A stretch of DNA of 64,000 nt from Vicinamibacteria bacterium (GCA_963422395.1 OY729431.1:2688001-2752000), one strand, 5' to 3'; shown: positions 38,501 to 49,604, numbered from the stretch's first letter. The notes: generated from the letters alone by a model not told the origin. A program made the numbers and translations.

Positions 38501-40734
38501 GCGATTCCGAATGCGAAGCCGGTCTTCCGGACGCCCTGGCGGCGGGGCTGACCGCCGACGAGTACCGAAAGATCGAGAGCCGCCTCGGACGCTCTCCGAA
38601 TCCCACCGAACTCGGCATGTTCTCGGCGATGTGGTCGGAACACTGCTCCTACAAATCCTCGAAGCGCCAGCTCGCCCGGTTTCCCACTGAATCGCCGCGA
38701 GTCCTCGAAGGTCCCGGGGAAAACGCCGGGGCAGCGGCGATCGGCGAGGGGCTGGCAGCGGTGTTCAAGGTGGAATCCCATAACCACCCGACCTTCATCG
38801 AGCCGTTCCAGGGCGCCGCAACCGGGGTCGGCGGCATCCTCCGGGACATCTTCACGATGGGGGCCCGGCCGGTGGCGCTCATGAATTCACTCCGCTTCGG
38901 CCCCCCGGCGGTCCGGAAGAACCGAGTGCTCCTCGGTAGAGCGGTCGCCGGGATCGCGAACTACGGGAACAGCATGGGGATCCCCACCCTCGGCGGTGAA
39001 GTCGCTTTCGACGACTGCTACTCCCTCAACCCGCTCGTCAACGCTTTCGCCCTCGGAATCGCCCCGGCGGATCGGATCTTCCGCGCCCGCGCCGACACTC
39101 CGGGGGATCCGGTGTTCTGCGTGGGGGCGAAAACCGGACGCGACGGCATCCACGGTGCCTCGATGGCGTCTGCTGCGTTCGACGAGGAGGCGGAGGCGAA
39201 ACGGCCGACGGTACAGGTCGGCGACCCCTTCCTGGAAAAACTCCTCATGGAGGCGTGTCTCGAACTGATGGCCGGCGAGGCGCTGGCCGCGGTGCAGGAC
39301 CTGGGCGCCGCCGGACTCACCTGCTCGACCGCCGAGATCGCCGCCCGCGGCGGCTCCGGCATCGAGATCGATCTCGATCTCGCGCCGCAACGCGAAACCG
39401 GCATGTCGGCCTACGAAATCATGCTCTCCGAATCTCAGGAACGCATGCTGCTCGTGGTCCGGCGGGGCCGGGAGGCCGAGGTGGAGCGAGTCTTCGCCAA
39501 ATGGGATCTGGATGCGGCCGCGATCGGGAGGATCACCGCCGACGGCCTGCTCCGGGTCCGTCACGCGGGCCGCCCCGCCGCCACGATTCCCTGCCGGGCC
39601 CTGACCGAAGACGCTCCGGTGTACGACCGGCCGCGGGAGACGCCGCAGTGGTGGCCGGAGCCGGAGGTCCGGGACGGCGACCTCCCCGAACCGGACGACT
39701 GGAACGAGGCGGTGCTGCGGCTCGTCGGGTCGCCCGGTCTGGCGAGTCGGCGCTTCGTGTACGAGCAGTACGACCACCTGGTGGGGAGCGACACCCTCGC
39801 CCGGCCGGGGGGGGACGCGGGAGTGGTGCGGATCAAGGGAACCCCGCTCGGCATCGCGATGTCCCTCGACGGAAACGGGAGATACACGGCGCGTGACCCC
39901 TGGCGCGGGGGAGCGCTCGCGGTGGCGGAGGCCTGCCGGAATCTGGCCGCCGTCGGCGCGACTCCGGTCGGAGCGACGAACTGCCTCAATTTCGGAAACC
40001 CCGAGAAGCCAGAGGTCATGTGGCAGCTCTCGGAGGTGGTCTCGGGAATGTGCGAGGCGCTGACCGCCCTCTCGGTCCCCATCACTGGAGGGAATGTCAG
40101 CCTCTACAACGAGACCGAGGAGGAGGGCATCTTCCCGACCCCGGTCGTCGGTGTGGTCGGCGTGTTCGACGATGTTTCCACCCTCGTGGGACAGCACTTC
40201 TGCGAGCCCGGCGACCTGCTTTTCCTCGCCGGACCGCAGGGGAGCGATGCGCTGGGCGCCAGCGAGTACCTCAAGGTCTTCCAGCAGAGCACCGGCGGCC
40301 GCCCTCCGGCCCCGAATCTCGAAGCCGAAGTCCGCCTCGGCGCTTTCCTCCGCGCCGCCGCCGCACGGCGGCTCACCCGGTCCGCCAGGGACCTCTCCGA
40401 GGGCGGTCTCATCCAGGCGGCGGTGGAGTCGCTCTTCGCCCCCGACGGAAGCGCCCAGGGCGCGGCTTTCGACCTGGAGTTCGCCGGCGCGCCGCTCGGA
40501 GCCCTGATCGGCGAGGCTCCGGCCCGCGCCCTCCTCAGCGTCCGGCCCCGAGACGCGGACGATTTCGCGGAGCTGGCGAGCGTCCACGGCGTCCCCCTCG
40601 CCGCCCTCGGCACCGCTGGCGGGGACTCTCTCGCCATCCGGGCGAACGGCGTCGAAATCATCCGCCTCACCGTGGACGACCTCTGGCCCGCCTTCGGCCA
40701 CGGCCTCGAACGCGCGGTGTCGGACCGTCGATGA
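38497..40734 (+). CDS. purL: FGAM synthase synthetase subunit
   Basis: [43 protein letters not shown]. Confidence 0.98.
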   Translation: MSDSECEAGLPDALAAGLTADEYRKIESRLGRSPNPTELGMFSAMWSEHCSYKSSKRQLARFPTESPRVLEGPGENAGAAAIGEGLAAVFKVESHNHPTFIEPFQGAATGVGGILRDIFTMGARPVALMNSLRFGPPAVRKNRVLLGRAVAGIANYGNSMGIPTLGGEVAFDDCYSLNPLVNAFALGIAPADRIFRARADTPGDPVFCVGAKTGRDGIHGASMASAAFDEEAEAKRPTVQVGDPFLEKLLMEACLELMAGEALAAVQDLGAAGLTCSTAEIAARGGSGIEIDLDLAPQRETGMSAYEIMLSESQERMLLVVRRGREAEVERVFAKWDLDAAAIGRITADGLLRVRHAGRPAATIPCRALTEDAPVYDRPRETPQWWPEPEVRDGDLPEPDDWNEAVLRLVGSPGLASRRFVYEQYDHLVGSDTLARPGGDAGVVRIKGTPLGIAMSLDGNGRYTARDPWRGGALAVAEACRNLAAVGATPVGATNCLNFGNPEKPEVMWQLSEVVSGMCEALTALSVPITGGNVSLYNETEEEGIFPTPVVGVVGVFDDVSTLVGQHFCEPGDLLFLAGPQGSDALGASEYLKVFQQSTGGRPPAPNLEAEVRLGAFLRAAAARRLTRSARDLSEGGLIQAAVESLFAPDGSAQGAAFDLEFAGAPLGALIGEAPARALLSVRPRDADDFAELASVHGVPLAALGTAGGDSLAIRANGVEIIRLTVDDLWPAFGHGLERAVSDRR

Positions 40735-40899
40735 CGGATTTCCTTCCCTGCACGCAGTGCCCCGCGGCGATTCCTGGCACTCTCGTGCGCGAACATCCAC
40801 GGGCATCGGCCGGGCGCTTCGCGTTCCTGCCGAACCCGATGCCCGCGACTCTTTTCTCCGACTCGATGTCACTCGTCGTGACTCCGGCCGCCCCCCTCC

Positions 40900-41175
40900 G
40901 TGTGGGAAGGGGGTTGCCGTCTCTACGAATTCCAGATAGCCGTCGAGGAGAACCTGAAGTTCTTCGACTTCAAACTGTCCAAGGTCAGGAAACGAAAGAA
41001 GAAAGTCGTGATTCCGCATACGGATCGCGAGTTCTTCTACATCGCCGCAGCCGAGGAAAGAGTCGGCTTCATCGAGCCGCAGTGGATCCTGGACAACGGC
41101 CAGGTGGGCGGGATTCCGGCTTGGGGCAACCGCACAGGCTATCGGGTGCCGCGGGATGTCTGGTGCCCGATGTAA
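40900..41175 (+). pseudogene. Foreign gene fragment of unknown family between purL and purF
   Basis: Lower-GC, Lys/aromatic-rich stretch YEFQIAVEENLKFFDFKLSKV..AWG; in-frame stop just upstream. Confidence 0.45.
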
Positions 41176-41218
41176 AGGGAACCGCCGAGAGAGTGCGGGA
41201 AGCTTCGCGGTCGAGCGC

Positions 41219-42655
41219 ATGACCGCGAACTCAAGGAGCGATGCCTGCCCCGGAGGGTTTCGGGACGAGTGCGGAGTGGTGGGGGTCTGGAACCATTCGG
41301 AGGCGGCTCGGCTGGCGTACCTCGGCCTCTACGCTCTGCAGCACCGGGGACAGGAGGCGGCCGGGATCGTCGCGGCGTCTCCGAACCGCGGCGGCCTCGT
41401 CGGAGTGAACGGTCCGGGGCAGGTAGCGGAGATCTTCGATGTGGCGGCGCTCGATGCCCTCGCCGGGCAGGCGGCGATCGGGCACACCCGCTACTCGACG
41501 GCTGGGGAGAGCAATCTGGAGAACACCCAGCCGATCCAGATCGAGTGCAAGTTCGGGCAGATCGCGGTCTGTCACAACGGAAATCTGGTGAACGCGCATC
41601 TGCTGCGGCGTCAGTTGGTGGAGCGCGGCTCCATCTTCCGGACCACGAGCGACACCGAAGTCCTCGTCCATCTGTTCGCCAAGTCGGGACAGACCGAAGA
41701 ACTCGAAGCGGTGGTGGAGGCGGTCCGCCAGGCAGAAGGCGCGTTCTCGCTGCTCTTCCTGACCCAGGACGCGCTCTACGCAGTGCGGGACCCGCGGGGT
41801 TTTCGGCCGCTGCTGCTGGGCAAGGCCGCCGAGGGATATGTGGTCTGCTCCGAGACCTGTGCCCTCGACCTGGTGGACGGGGAATACCTCCGTGATCTGG
41901 AGGCCGGAGAACTGCTCCGGATCGACGGGGACGGCGTCCACTCGCTGCAGATCTTCGACGAACAGCCCATCTCGCAGTGCATCTTCGAGCAGGTCTATTT
42001 CGCACGCCCGGACAGTCGGATCTTCGGCCGCGATGTGTACCGGACCCGGATCACTCTCGGACGGAGCCTGGCGCAATCCGCCGGAGTCGAGGCCGATGTC
42101 GTCGTCCCGGTGCCGGACTCGGGGTTGATCGCAGCGCTCGGCTACTCGCAGGCTTCCGGAATCCCGATGGAGATGGGGCTCATTCGGAACCACTATGTGG
42201 GCCGAACCTTCATCGAACCCCGGCAGTCCATCCGCAACTTCGGAGTCCGAGTGAAGTTGAACCCCGTCCCTTCGGTCCTGAAGGGGCGCCGCGTCGTCCT
42301 GATCGACGATTCCATCGTCCGGGGAACGACGAGCCGCAAGCTGGTGGAGCTGGCGCGGAACGCCGGCGCCTCCGAGGTCCATTTCCGCGTTTCCTCGCCC
42401 CCCACGACCGGACCTTGCCACTACGGGATCGACACGCCGCTCCGTTCCGAACTCATCGCCGCTTCGCAGAGCGTCGAAGAGATCCGGCGCTTTCTCGGGG
42501 CCGACTCGCTCGCTTACCTTCCGCTCGAGGCGCTCGAAGCGTCCGTCGAAGAAGATCGCGGCCGCTACTGCACCGCGTGTTTCTCCGGGAACTACCCGCT
42601 GCCGGTGCCAGAGCCGGAACGGGCGGGAAGCCTGTTCGGTAAGAATCGCTGCTAG
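41219..42655 (+). CDS. purF: Amidophosphoribosyltransferase
   Basis: ECGVVG, LQHRGQE, GHTRYST, HNGN, IDDSIVRGTT, CTACFSG. Start ATG 41219. Confidence 0.98.
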   Translation: MTANSRSDACPGGFRDECGVVGVWNHSEAARLAYLGLYALQHRGQEAAGIVAASPNRGGLVGVNGPGQVAEIFDVAALDALAGQAAIGHTRYSTAGESNLENTQPIQIECKFGQIAVCHNGNLVNAHLLRRQLVERGSIFRTTSDTEVLVHLFAKSGQTEELEAVVEAVRQAEGAFSLLFLTQDALYAVRDPRGFRPLLLGKAAEGYVVCSETCALDLVDGEYLRDLEAGELLRIDGDGVHSLQIFDEQPISQCIFEQVYFARPDSRIFGRDVYRTRITLGRSLAQSAGVEADVVVPVPDSGLIAALGYSQASGIPMEMGLIRNHYVGRTFIEPRQSIRNFGVRVKLNPVPSVLKGRRVVLIDDSIVRGTTSRKLVELARNAGASEVHFRVSSPPTTGPCHYGIDTPLRSELIAASQSVEEIRRFLGADSLAYLPLEALEASVEEDRGRYCTACFSGNYPLPVPEPERAGSLFGKNRC

Positions 42656-42674
42656 CCGAGCTCCGCGAGCGGAC

Positions 42675-45431
42675 TCAGCGAGCCCCGTCGAGCGGCGCAC
42701 CGTCGGCGTCCACCCGGGTCACCGGCCCGAAATCGAGTCTTCCGAGCGCCGGCTCGATCCGGCTCGCATCTCCGACCACCACGAGGGCGCTGCCCGAGCG
42801 ACCCAAGTGGCGCGCCGCGGCCGCGGCCACTTCTTCCCGGGTCACCGCTTCGATCCGCGATGGATAGTCGCGGATTTCAGAGAGCGGGTCCCCGCGCCGC
42901 AGAATCCCGGATACCACCCCGCGAACCCCGGCGACGGTCTCGAATCGCTGCGCGTAGTCGCGCCGGAGCGCGAGCTTCGCCTCCCGGAGTTCGCGCAGCC
43001 TCACCGGACGGCTGCCGGTGGCCATCCCGGCGACTTCCGCAAGCAGTTCCCGCATCGCCGGTTCCGCCTGTTCGATGTTCAGCGCGGAAGAAGCGGTGAG
43101 CAGCGAGCGGTGCTGGAACTGGCGGGAGCCGGCGAAGGCTCCATAGGTCGCACCCATGCGTTCGCGCAGGTTCGAGTTGAGCCGGCTGGAAAAGCCGCCG
43201 CCCAGGATGAAGAGCGCGAGGCGGAGAGCGTAGCGGTCCGGAGCGCCGCGCCCTGCTCCCTGCTTGCGCCAGCAAACGACCGCCTGCGGACTCTCGACTT
43301 CCATGCCGTGGAGCAGCACTCCGGTTTCCGCTGCCGGCGGCTCCGGCGGCTCCGGCGGCTCGGGACTGCCGGACGGTGTCCAGCTGCCGAAGAACTCCTC
43401 GAAGCCATCCGCCGCCCGATCCAGATCGATGTCGCCGCACACCACCAGTGACGCCCCGCCGGGAACGAAGCGGCGTTCGTGATAGGCGGTGAGATCGCCG
43501 GCCCCGATCGCAGCGAGCGAGGCTTCGTCGCCGCGCCAGCCGTAGGGGTGATCGTCCGAAAACGCCGTCCGCCGCACGATGCGGCGGGCCACCGAATTCG
43601 GATCGGCGCGCGATTGCCGCAGCGCGTCGAGCCGCAGGGGAACGAGACGCTCCAGCTCTTCGAGGGGGAAAGCCGGGTTCAGGAGCAGGTCGGAAGTGAG
43701 CTCGAGGGTCGGCCGCAGATGCTCGGAGAGGCAGGAGAACGAGACGCTGAGGCCTTCGGTCCCAGCGCCGGCGCCGATCCCCGACCCCATCCGGTCGGCT
43801 TCCGCCTCGAATTCGCGCGCATCGCGCGTCTTCGTCCCGCGGCTCATCATTTCCGCAGTCAGGCTCGCCAAGCCGGCGAGGGAACGGGGTTCGTCCACCC
43901 GGCCGCCCGGCATCGTGATCGTTCCGACGATCCGGGGCAGCTCCGGGCGCGGCACGAGGTAGAGGGCGAGGCCGTTCGCGAGCCGGCGGACCTCGGGAAA
44001 GGGAGGGACGAAGGTCCCGGCCCGGCCGCGGCGAGGCGTCCGGCTGCGGTCGGGTTCCTCCGGCGGTCGGGGATCGGGACGCCACGGAGCGGGCGCGGGC
44101 TGCTGCCAGTCCTGCGGGCCGATCACCGCAGGAACCACCGGCGGCTCGCCCGCCTCGTCCGGCTCGCCGTAGAGCAGTTCGACACGCGGGGCCAACAGGT
44201 ACTGGCGGGCGGCGCGGCGGAGATCCCCGGTCGTGACCTCGCGGTAGCGAACCCAGTGTTCGGAAAGCTTCGCCGGATCACCGAGGAAGGTCGTGTAGCG
44301 AGCCAGCAGGTCCGCCTTGCTCGAAAGCCGCTCGAGGGCGCCGACGAAAGCTACCTGAGTCGCTGCCTTCACCCGGGACAGCTCTTCGTCGGCGGGCCCC
44401 TCGTCGGCGATCCGCGAGAGCTCTTCGTCCAGCTGCCCGCGGAGCCGGGAGATAGGCACTCCCGGGCGGGCGGTGGCGACCACCCCGCTGATCCCGGCCG
44501 ATTGCAGCGCATAGTGAAACGCACTGACATCGGACGCAGTGCGGTCCTCATAGACCATCCGGCGGTACAGCCTCGAGTTCAGCCCGTCGGAAAGGACATC
44601 GGACAGCATGTCGAGAGCCGGTTCGTCCTCATGGAAGAACTGCGCTGTCGGCCAACCACAATAGATCCGGGAGTGCGGCACGGTCTCCGGAACCACGATC
44701 CGCCGGGTAGCGGCGAGCGCCGCCGGAGGAGTCGGCGGCCGACCGGGAACCGGGCCCGCCGGAATCGGCCCGAAGTAACGCCGGACGAGCTCCAGGGCGC
44801 GCCGCTCGTCGTAGTCGCCGGCCACCACCAGCACCGCGTTGTTCGGCGCGTACCAATCGCGGAAGAAGTCATGGACCTCGGAAAGCTCCGCGGCGGCGAG
44901 ATGCGCCATGTCGCCGATGACATCCCACGAATACGGGTGGCCTGGCGGGAAGAGCGCGTGGAACATCTTCTCCCAGGCGGTCCCGTACGGGACATTGTCC
45001 ATGCGCTGCAGCCGCTCGTTGCGAACGACCTCGCGCTGGGTGTCCAGCCGCGACTGATCGAGCACTTCGAGCAGGTAGGCCATCCGGTCGGATTCTGCCC
45101 ACAATGCGAGTCCGAGAGCTTCGCGGGGAACGGTCTCGTAATAGTTGGTTCGGTCGTGGCTCGTGGTGCCGTTCACATCGCCGGCGGCGACGCTCGCGCC
45201 CGCCTTCTCCATCAGGCGGATGAAGTGGGTGTCGTTGTGCCGCGAGCCCTCGAACATCAGATGCTCGAAGAGGTGGGCGAACCCGGTGCGCCACGGCCGT
45301 TCGTTCCGGGAGCCGACGTGGTACCAGAGCGCCACATGAACGACGGGCAGGCGCCGATCCTCGTGGAACAGCACCCGAAGGCCGTTGCCGAGGGTGCGCA
45401 GCGTCGAAGGAACCGAGATAGTCGGGGCCAT
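42675..45431 (-). CDS. M16 family zinc peptidase (fused two-module form)
   Basis: GFAHLFEHLM (HxxEH), VVRNER, SRL..NLRE..G.TYG. Start ATG 45431. Confidence 0.93.
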   Translation of the reverse strand: MAPTISVPSTLRTLGNGLRVLFHEDRRLPVVHVALWYHVGSRNERPWRTGFAHLFEHLMFEGSRHNDTHFIRLMEKAGASVAAGDVNGTTSHDRTNYYETVPREALGLALWAESDRMAYLLEVLDQSRLDTQREVVRNERLQRMDNVPYGTAWEKMFHALFPPGHPYSWDVIGDMAHLAAAELSEVHDFFRDWYAPNNAVLVVAGDYDERRALELVRRYFGPIPAGPVPGRPPTPPAALAATRRIVVPETVPHSRIYCGWPTAQFFHEDEPALDMLSDVLSDGLNSRLYRRMVYEDRTASDVSAFHYALQSAGISGVVATARPGVPISRLRGQLDEELSRIADEGPADEELSRVKAATQVAFVGALERLSSKADLLARYTTFLGDPAKLSEHWVRYREVTTGDLRRAARQYLLAPRVELLYGEPDEAGEPPVVPAVIGPQDWQQPAPAPWRPDPRPPEEPDRSRTPRRGRAGTFVPPFPEVRRLANGLALYLVPRPELPRIVGTITMPGGRVDEPRSLAGLASLTAEMMSRGTKTRDAREFEAEADRMGSGIGAGAGTEGLSVSFSCLSEHLRPTLELTSDLLLNPAFPLEELERLVPLRLDALRQSRADPNSVARRIVRRTAFSDDHPYGWRGDEASLAAIGAGDLTAYHERRFVPGGASLVVCGDIDLDRAADGFEEFFGSWTPSGSPEPPEPPEPPAAETGVLLHGMEVESPQAVVCWRKQGAGRGAPDRYALRLALFILGGGFSSRLNSNLRERMGATYGAFAGSRQFQHRSLLTASSALNIEQAEPAMRELLAEVAGMATGSRPVRLRELREAKLALRRDYAQRFETVAGVRGVVSGILRRGDPLSEIRDYPSRIEAVTREEVAAAAARHLGRSGSALVVVGDASRIEPALGRLDFGPVTRVDADGAPLDGAR
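43334..43360. repeat. 9-bp tandem repeat (CCGGCGGCT)x3
   Basis: Read directly; encodes EPP repeats in the M16 linker. Confidence 0.8.
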
Positions 45432-45556
45432 TCCGGTGCGGGCGGGAAGCCCATGGGCAAGCCCGGGTCGTCGAGAGGGAAAAATCGGATTCGGCACGCG
45501 AGGCGCGGAATATACTGTCCCCGGCGCGCGGTTTTTTCTCTGGGTTCTCGTGGAAA

Positions 45557-46774
45557 ATGGGCCGGGTGATCTCGTCCGAAGCCGCAAGACGCACCCCGCT
45601 TGGAAAGCCGGCCGGAAAGCCCGTTGGAATGTTGGTCGGAATATCGGTCGGGGCGTTCGCCGTTGCGCTCTGCGGGTCGTCTGCCGCTGCCGCCCAGACC
45701 GGGAATTTCCTCCCCGAAGACTTTTTCACCGCGGATCGGGCCGTCGAGGCCATGGCGGGGAAGCAGGTCGTCTTCGAGACCAGCCACGGAACCTTCGTCG
45801 TCGAGGTCTTCGCCGAAAAAGCCCCGAACCACTCCGCATTCTTCCTGCTGCAAGCCGAGCAGGGGAACTACGACGGCACCGCGTTCCACCGGCTGATCGA
45901 GCGCGGAATCGTGCAGGGCGGGGATCCCCTCTCCAAGGATCCGGACGCATCCGGCCGTTACGGGACCGGAGGACTCGGACGGCTCGCGCGGGAGCCGAAC
46001 GACCTTTCGCATGTCCGGGGCACGGTGTCGGCAGTGCAGGTTCCCGGACAGCCGGACAGCGCCGGTTCGCAGTTCTTCATCGTGATCACCGACCAGCCGG
46101 CCCTCGATGGGGCGTACACGGTGTTCGCCCGCGTCGTCGAGGGGATCCACGAGGTCACCGCGATCTCGGAACTGCCTGCCGACGCCGAGGGCAGGCCGAC
46201 CGAGCGCATCGAGATCGCGCGCGCCGCGGTCCGCGACCGTCCTCCGGAATCGCCCCCTCCGTTCTCGACGGAGATCGACGCCGAACTCGCGGCGTTTCGG
46301 GTCGTTCTGGAAACCCGATTCGGAGAAATCGGGATCGAACTGCTCCCGGAGACGGCGCCGAACCATGCGCGGAACTTCCTGCGGCTTGCGGCGCTCGGCG
46401 CCTACGACGGGACGGCGTTCCACCGGGTGGTCCCCGGCTTCATGGTCCAGACCGGCTGGATGGACACCCGCGAGCCGCCGGCGCCGGAGAGCATCGAAAA
46501 ACACATCACGAACTTGCAGCCCGAGTTCAGCGATATCGCCCATGAGCCCGGGATCGTCTCCATGGCCCGGCTAGAAGCGCCCGACAGCGCGATGACCAGC
46601 TTTTTCATCATGACCGGGCGGGCTCCGGCGCTCGACGGGGAATACACCGTGTTCGGCCGCGTGGTCTTCGGGTATGAAGCCGTGGAGGCCGTCGAGGCGC
46701 TGCCGGCTGGCGGCGACGAGGCGCCCCTCGAGCGCATCGAGATCCTTCGGGCGCGGGTCGAGCCCTTCGAATGA
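45557..46774 (+). CDS. Exported double-domain cyclophilin-type PPIase
   Basis: Two copies of YDGTAFHR..G..VQ.G, SQFFI/SFFI, LDG.YTVF. Confidence 0.92.
   Translation: MGRVISSEAARRTPLGKPAGKPVGMLVGISVGAFAVALCGSSAAAAQTGNFLPEDFFTADRAVEAMAGKQVVFETSHGTFVVEVFAEKAPNHSAFFLLQAEQGNYDGTAFHRLIERGIVQGGDPLSKDPDASGRYGTGGLGRLAREPNDLSHVRGTVSAVQVPGQPDSAGSQFFIVITDQPALDGAYTVFARVVEGIHEVTAISELPADAEGRPTERIEIARAAVRDRPPESPPPFSTEIDAELAAFRVVLETRFGEIGIELLPETAPNHARNFLRLAALGAYDGTAFHRVVPGFMVQTGWMDTREPPAPESIEKHITNLQPEFSDIAHEPGIVSMARLEAPDSAMTSFFIMTGRAPALDGEYTVFGRVVFGYEAVEAVEALPAGGDEAPLERIEILRARVEPFE
45600..45659 (+). repeat. Degenerate 12-bp tandem repeat in the cyclophilin N-terminus
   Basis: ttggaaagccgg / ccggaaagcccg / ttggaatgttgg / tcggaatatcgg / tcggggcgttcg. 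Confidence 0.5.
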
Positions 46775-47781
46775 GTTCCGCCGGCGTCCTCGAGGTGGCG
46801 ATCATCGGGGCCGGACCGTCTGGCCTCGCCACCGCGATCGAGTGCCAGCGGCAGGGGCTCCGCTACGCGGTGATCGAGAAAGGAGGCCTGGTGGACACGA
46901 TCCGACGGTTTCCGGTTCACATGGTGTTCTTCACCACTCCGGAACTGCTCGAGATCGGAGGGGTGCCGCTCGTCTCCCACCGGGAGAAACCGTCGCGCTA
47001 CGAGGCACTCACCTACTACCGGAAAGTCGCGCAGCACTTCGACCTGCGGCCGCACCTCTTCACCCGGGTCTCCCGAGTGGAGCTCCCCGCCGGGAACGGC
47101 CGGGACGGCTTCACGCTACATCTGCAGAGCGAGCGGCAGGGAATTCCCGATCCGGGACCGGTCCAGGCGCGGAACCTCGTGGTGGCGATGGGCTATTTCG
47201 AAAACCCGAACCGACTCGGAGTGCCCGGCGAGGATCTCGACAAGGTCTCCCATCGCTTCTCCGAGACCCATCCCTACTTCGGATCGCGCGTCGCGGTCGT
47301 CGGCGGAGGCAACTCGGCCGCCGAGACCGCGCTCGAGCTCTACCGGGCGGGCATCGAAGTCACCCTCGTCCACCGAGGGGAGACGCTGTCCCCGCATCTC
47401 AAGTACTGGGTGCGTCCGGACATCGAGAACCGCATCGAACGGCGCGAGATCGCCTCGCACCTCGGATCGGCAGTAGAAGCGATCCATCCCGATTCGCTGA
47501 CCGTGCGGGACCGCCGGGGAGAGGTGCGCGAGATCCCGAACGACTTCGTGCTCCCGCTCATCGGATACCGGCCCGACTACGGCTTTCTGGAGTCGCTCGG
47601 AATCCGGAGCGAGGGACCCGACCGGGTGCCGGTCACCGACCCGGAGACCCTTTCCACCGAAATTCCCGGCCTCTACCTGGCCGGCGGAGTGGTCGCCGGC
47701 CTCCGCACCAACCGCATCTTCATCGAGAACGGCCGTTTCCACGGAGAGGCGATCGTTCGGCACATCTGCCAGGAAAGGTGA
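46771..47781 (+). CDS. ypdA: YpdA-family putative bacillithiol disulfide reductase
   Basis: IIGAGPSG, FFTTPELLEIG, EALTYYR, GGGNSA, YWVRPDIENRI, IFIENGRFH. Confidence 0.88.
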   Translation: MSSAGVLEVAIIGAGPSGLATAIECQRQGLRYAVIEKGGLVDTIRRFPVHMVFFTTPELLEIGGVPLVSHREKPSRYEALTYYRKVAQHFDLRPHLFTRVSRVELPAGNGRDGFTLHLQSERQGIPDPGPVQARNLVVAMGYFENPNRLGVPGEDLDKVSHRFSETHPYFGSRVAVVGGGNSAAETALELYRAGIEVTLVHRGETLSPHLKYWVRPDIENRIERREIASHLGSAVEAIHPDSLTVRDRRGEVREIPNDFVLPLIGYRPDYGFLESLGIRSEGPDRVPVTDPETLSTEIPGLYLAGGVVAGLRTNRIFIENGRFHGEAIVRHICQER

Positions 47782-49520
47782 TCCCCTCTCCGGAACGCCT
47801 CATCACCCGACGGCGCTTCGGAGTGCTGGCGGCCGGCGCCCTCAGCGGGGGGCTGAGCGGAGCCTGCCGGGACGGTGCTCCGAAGGGCCGAGAGAGCCTC
47901 GACCTGCGGATCCGAAACGCTCGCATCGTGGACGGTTCGGGAGCTCCTGCCCGCATCGGCGACCTCGGGATCCGAAAGGGCCTTTTCGCGTCCGCCGAGG
48001 GCCCGGCGCTCCGCGAACTCGACGGATCCGGGCTGGCGGCGGCGCCGGGATTCGTCGACATCCACTCTCACGGAGACCTGGTGCTGGCGAGCGATCCGGG
48101 CCGCCGCGCGGAGCTGCTCGCCGGACGACTCGCGCAGGGCATCACCAGCGAGGTCATCGGGAACTGCGGGCTCGGAGCAGCGCCGCAGTTCGGCGAGGCC
48201 GACGGCCTCGCTCCCGCAGTGCACGCCTGGATGACCCCAACGGGCGTTTCCTGGCAGTGGGGCTCGCTCGGGGAGTACTTCGCCGTCCTGGAGACCGCGG
48301 GGTTGCCCTCGAATGTCGCGGCGCTCGTTCCCCACGGGCTGCTGCGGCTGGGCGCGATGGGACTCCGCCCCGGGGCGCCGGATCACGGGGAACGGGCCGC
48401 CATGGCCCGCGAACTCGAACGGAGTCTCGACGAGGGTGCGTTCGGCCTTTCCTGCGGCCTCATCTACCCGCCCGGCATGTTCAGCACCACCGACGAGCTG
48501 CTCGGGCTGGCGCGCGGACTGCGCGCCGCGGACGGGGTGTTCACCGCCCACCTCCGCGGATCGAGCGAAACCCTGCTCCCCGCGGTCGAGGAACTGTTGG
48601 AAATCGGCCGGGCTGCCGACATCCGCGTCCACCACAGTCACGCCGAAGCCGTCGGCCGGCGCCACTGGGAGCAGCTGGAAGCCTTCCTCGATCTGGAGCG
48701 CACCGCGCGCGAGCAGGGAGTGCGCGTTTCGGCGGACATGTTCCCCTACCCAGTGGCGGCGACGATGATGTACGCCATCTATCCGCCGTGGTCGCTGGAA
48801 GGCGGCCCGGAGCAGCTGCTCGTCCGCCTCCGAGACCCGGCGGAGCGGGCCCGGATCCGGGAGGACCTGGAGACCCACACCCCGCGCTGGCCGCCCTGGG
48901 AGCCCGGCGGGTGGCCGCACAACCTCGTCTCCGCGGTGGGCTGGGAGCGGATCCTGGTCGCGAGCGTCGGAAGTTCCGACCGCCGGGAGGTCGTGGGTCT
49001 TTCGCTCGCCGCCCTCGGAGAACGGGCGGGCACGCACCCGTTCGACGCCGTCTCGGACCTCATGCTCGCAGAGGACGGAGCGGTGGGTCAGTTCGTGCTG
49101 GACATCAGCGGCGAACCGGGTTTGCGGCAACTCGCGGCAGATCCCGAAGTCGCCTTCGTCACCGACGCGAACGACTACGGGAAGGGATCATGCCACCCCG
49201 CGGCGTACGGGGCGTTCCCGCGCGTCCTGCGCCAGTATGTCCAGGAAGAGGGACTGCTTTCGCTGGAAGAATCCATCCGCCGCATGACCTCGCTCCCTGC
49301 CGCCGTCGCCGGCCTCGAAGACCGGGGGCGGATCGCACCCGGCCTTCCCGCCGATCTCGTGCTCTTCGACCCGGAAAGAATCTCCGACCACGCCACCCTC
49401 GAAGAGCCGCGCATGCGCGCGACCGGCATCCGCGCCGTCTTCGTGAACGGTCAGGCGGTCCTCCGGGACGGCCGCCTCACCGGCGCCCTCCCCGGCCGGG
49501 TCCTCCGCCGCTCCGCCTGA
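47778..49520 (+). CDS. N-acyl-D-amino-acid deacylase (amidohydrolase) with Tat/lipoprotein signal
   Basis: ITRRRFGV..LSGAC, PGFVDIHSH, GNCG, AHLRG, YGAFPRVL. GTG 47778 overlaps the ypdA stop. Confidence 0.88.
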   Translation: MIPSPERLITRRRFGVLAAGALSGGLSGACRDGAPKGRESLDLRIRNARIVDGSGAPARIGDLGIRKGLFASAEGPALRELDGSGLAAAPGFVDIHSHGDLVLASDPGRRAELLAGRLAQGITSEVIGNCGLGAAPQFGEADGLAPAVHAWMTPTGVSWQWGSLGEYFAVLETAGLPSNVAALVPHGLLRLGAMGLRPGAPDHGERAAMARELERSLDEGAFGLSCGLIYPPGMFSTTDELLGLARGLRAADGVFTAHLRGSSETLLPAVEELLEIGRAADIRVHHSHAEAVGRRHWEQLEAFLDLERTAREQGVRVSADMFPYPVAATMMYAIYPPWSLEGGPEQLLVRLRDPAERARIREDLETHTPRWPPWEPGGWPHNLVSAVGWERILVASVGSSDRREVVGLSLAALGERAGTHPFDAVSDLMLAEDGAVGQFVLDISGEPGLRQLAADPEVAFVTDANDYGKGSCHPAAYGAFPRVLRQYVQEEGLLSLEESIRRMTSLPAAVAGLEDRGRIAPGLPADLVLFDPERISDHATLEEPRMRATGIRAVFVNGQAVLRDGRLTGALPGRVLRRSA

Positions 49521-49532
49521 CCACTGCTCTCG

Positions 49533-49571
49533 ACCGCCGCAATCGAACGTTGCTTTCGACTGGGCGGCGGT
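49533..49571. terminator. Inverted repeat between convergent genes
   Basis: ACCGCCGC...GCGGCGGT with a long loop and no U-tract. Confidence 0.3.
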
Positions 49572-49604
49572 TCCGGCTTGCTGTTCACGTCCGGGGAAAC
49601 CCCG

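Noticed and set aside
46674-47777. N-terminal extensions in the ORF track (D-aminoacylase, also radA, purH, purB, rplA)
   Set aside because: They overlap upstream genes out of frame; starts were reset to where homology or a signal peptide begins.
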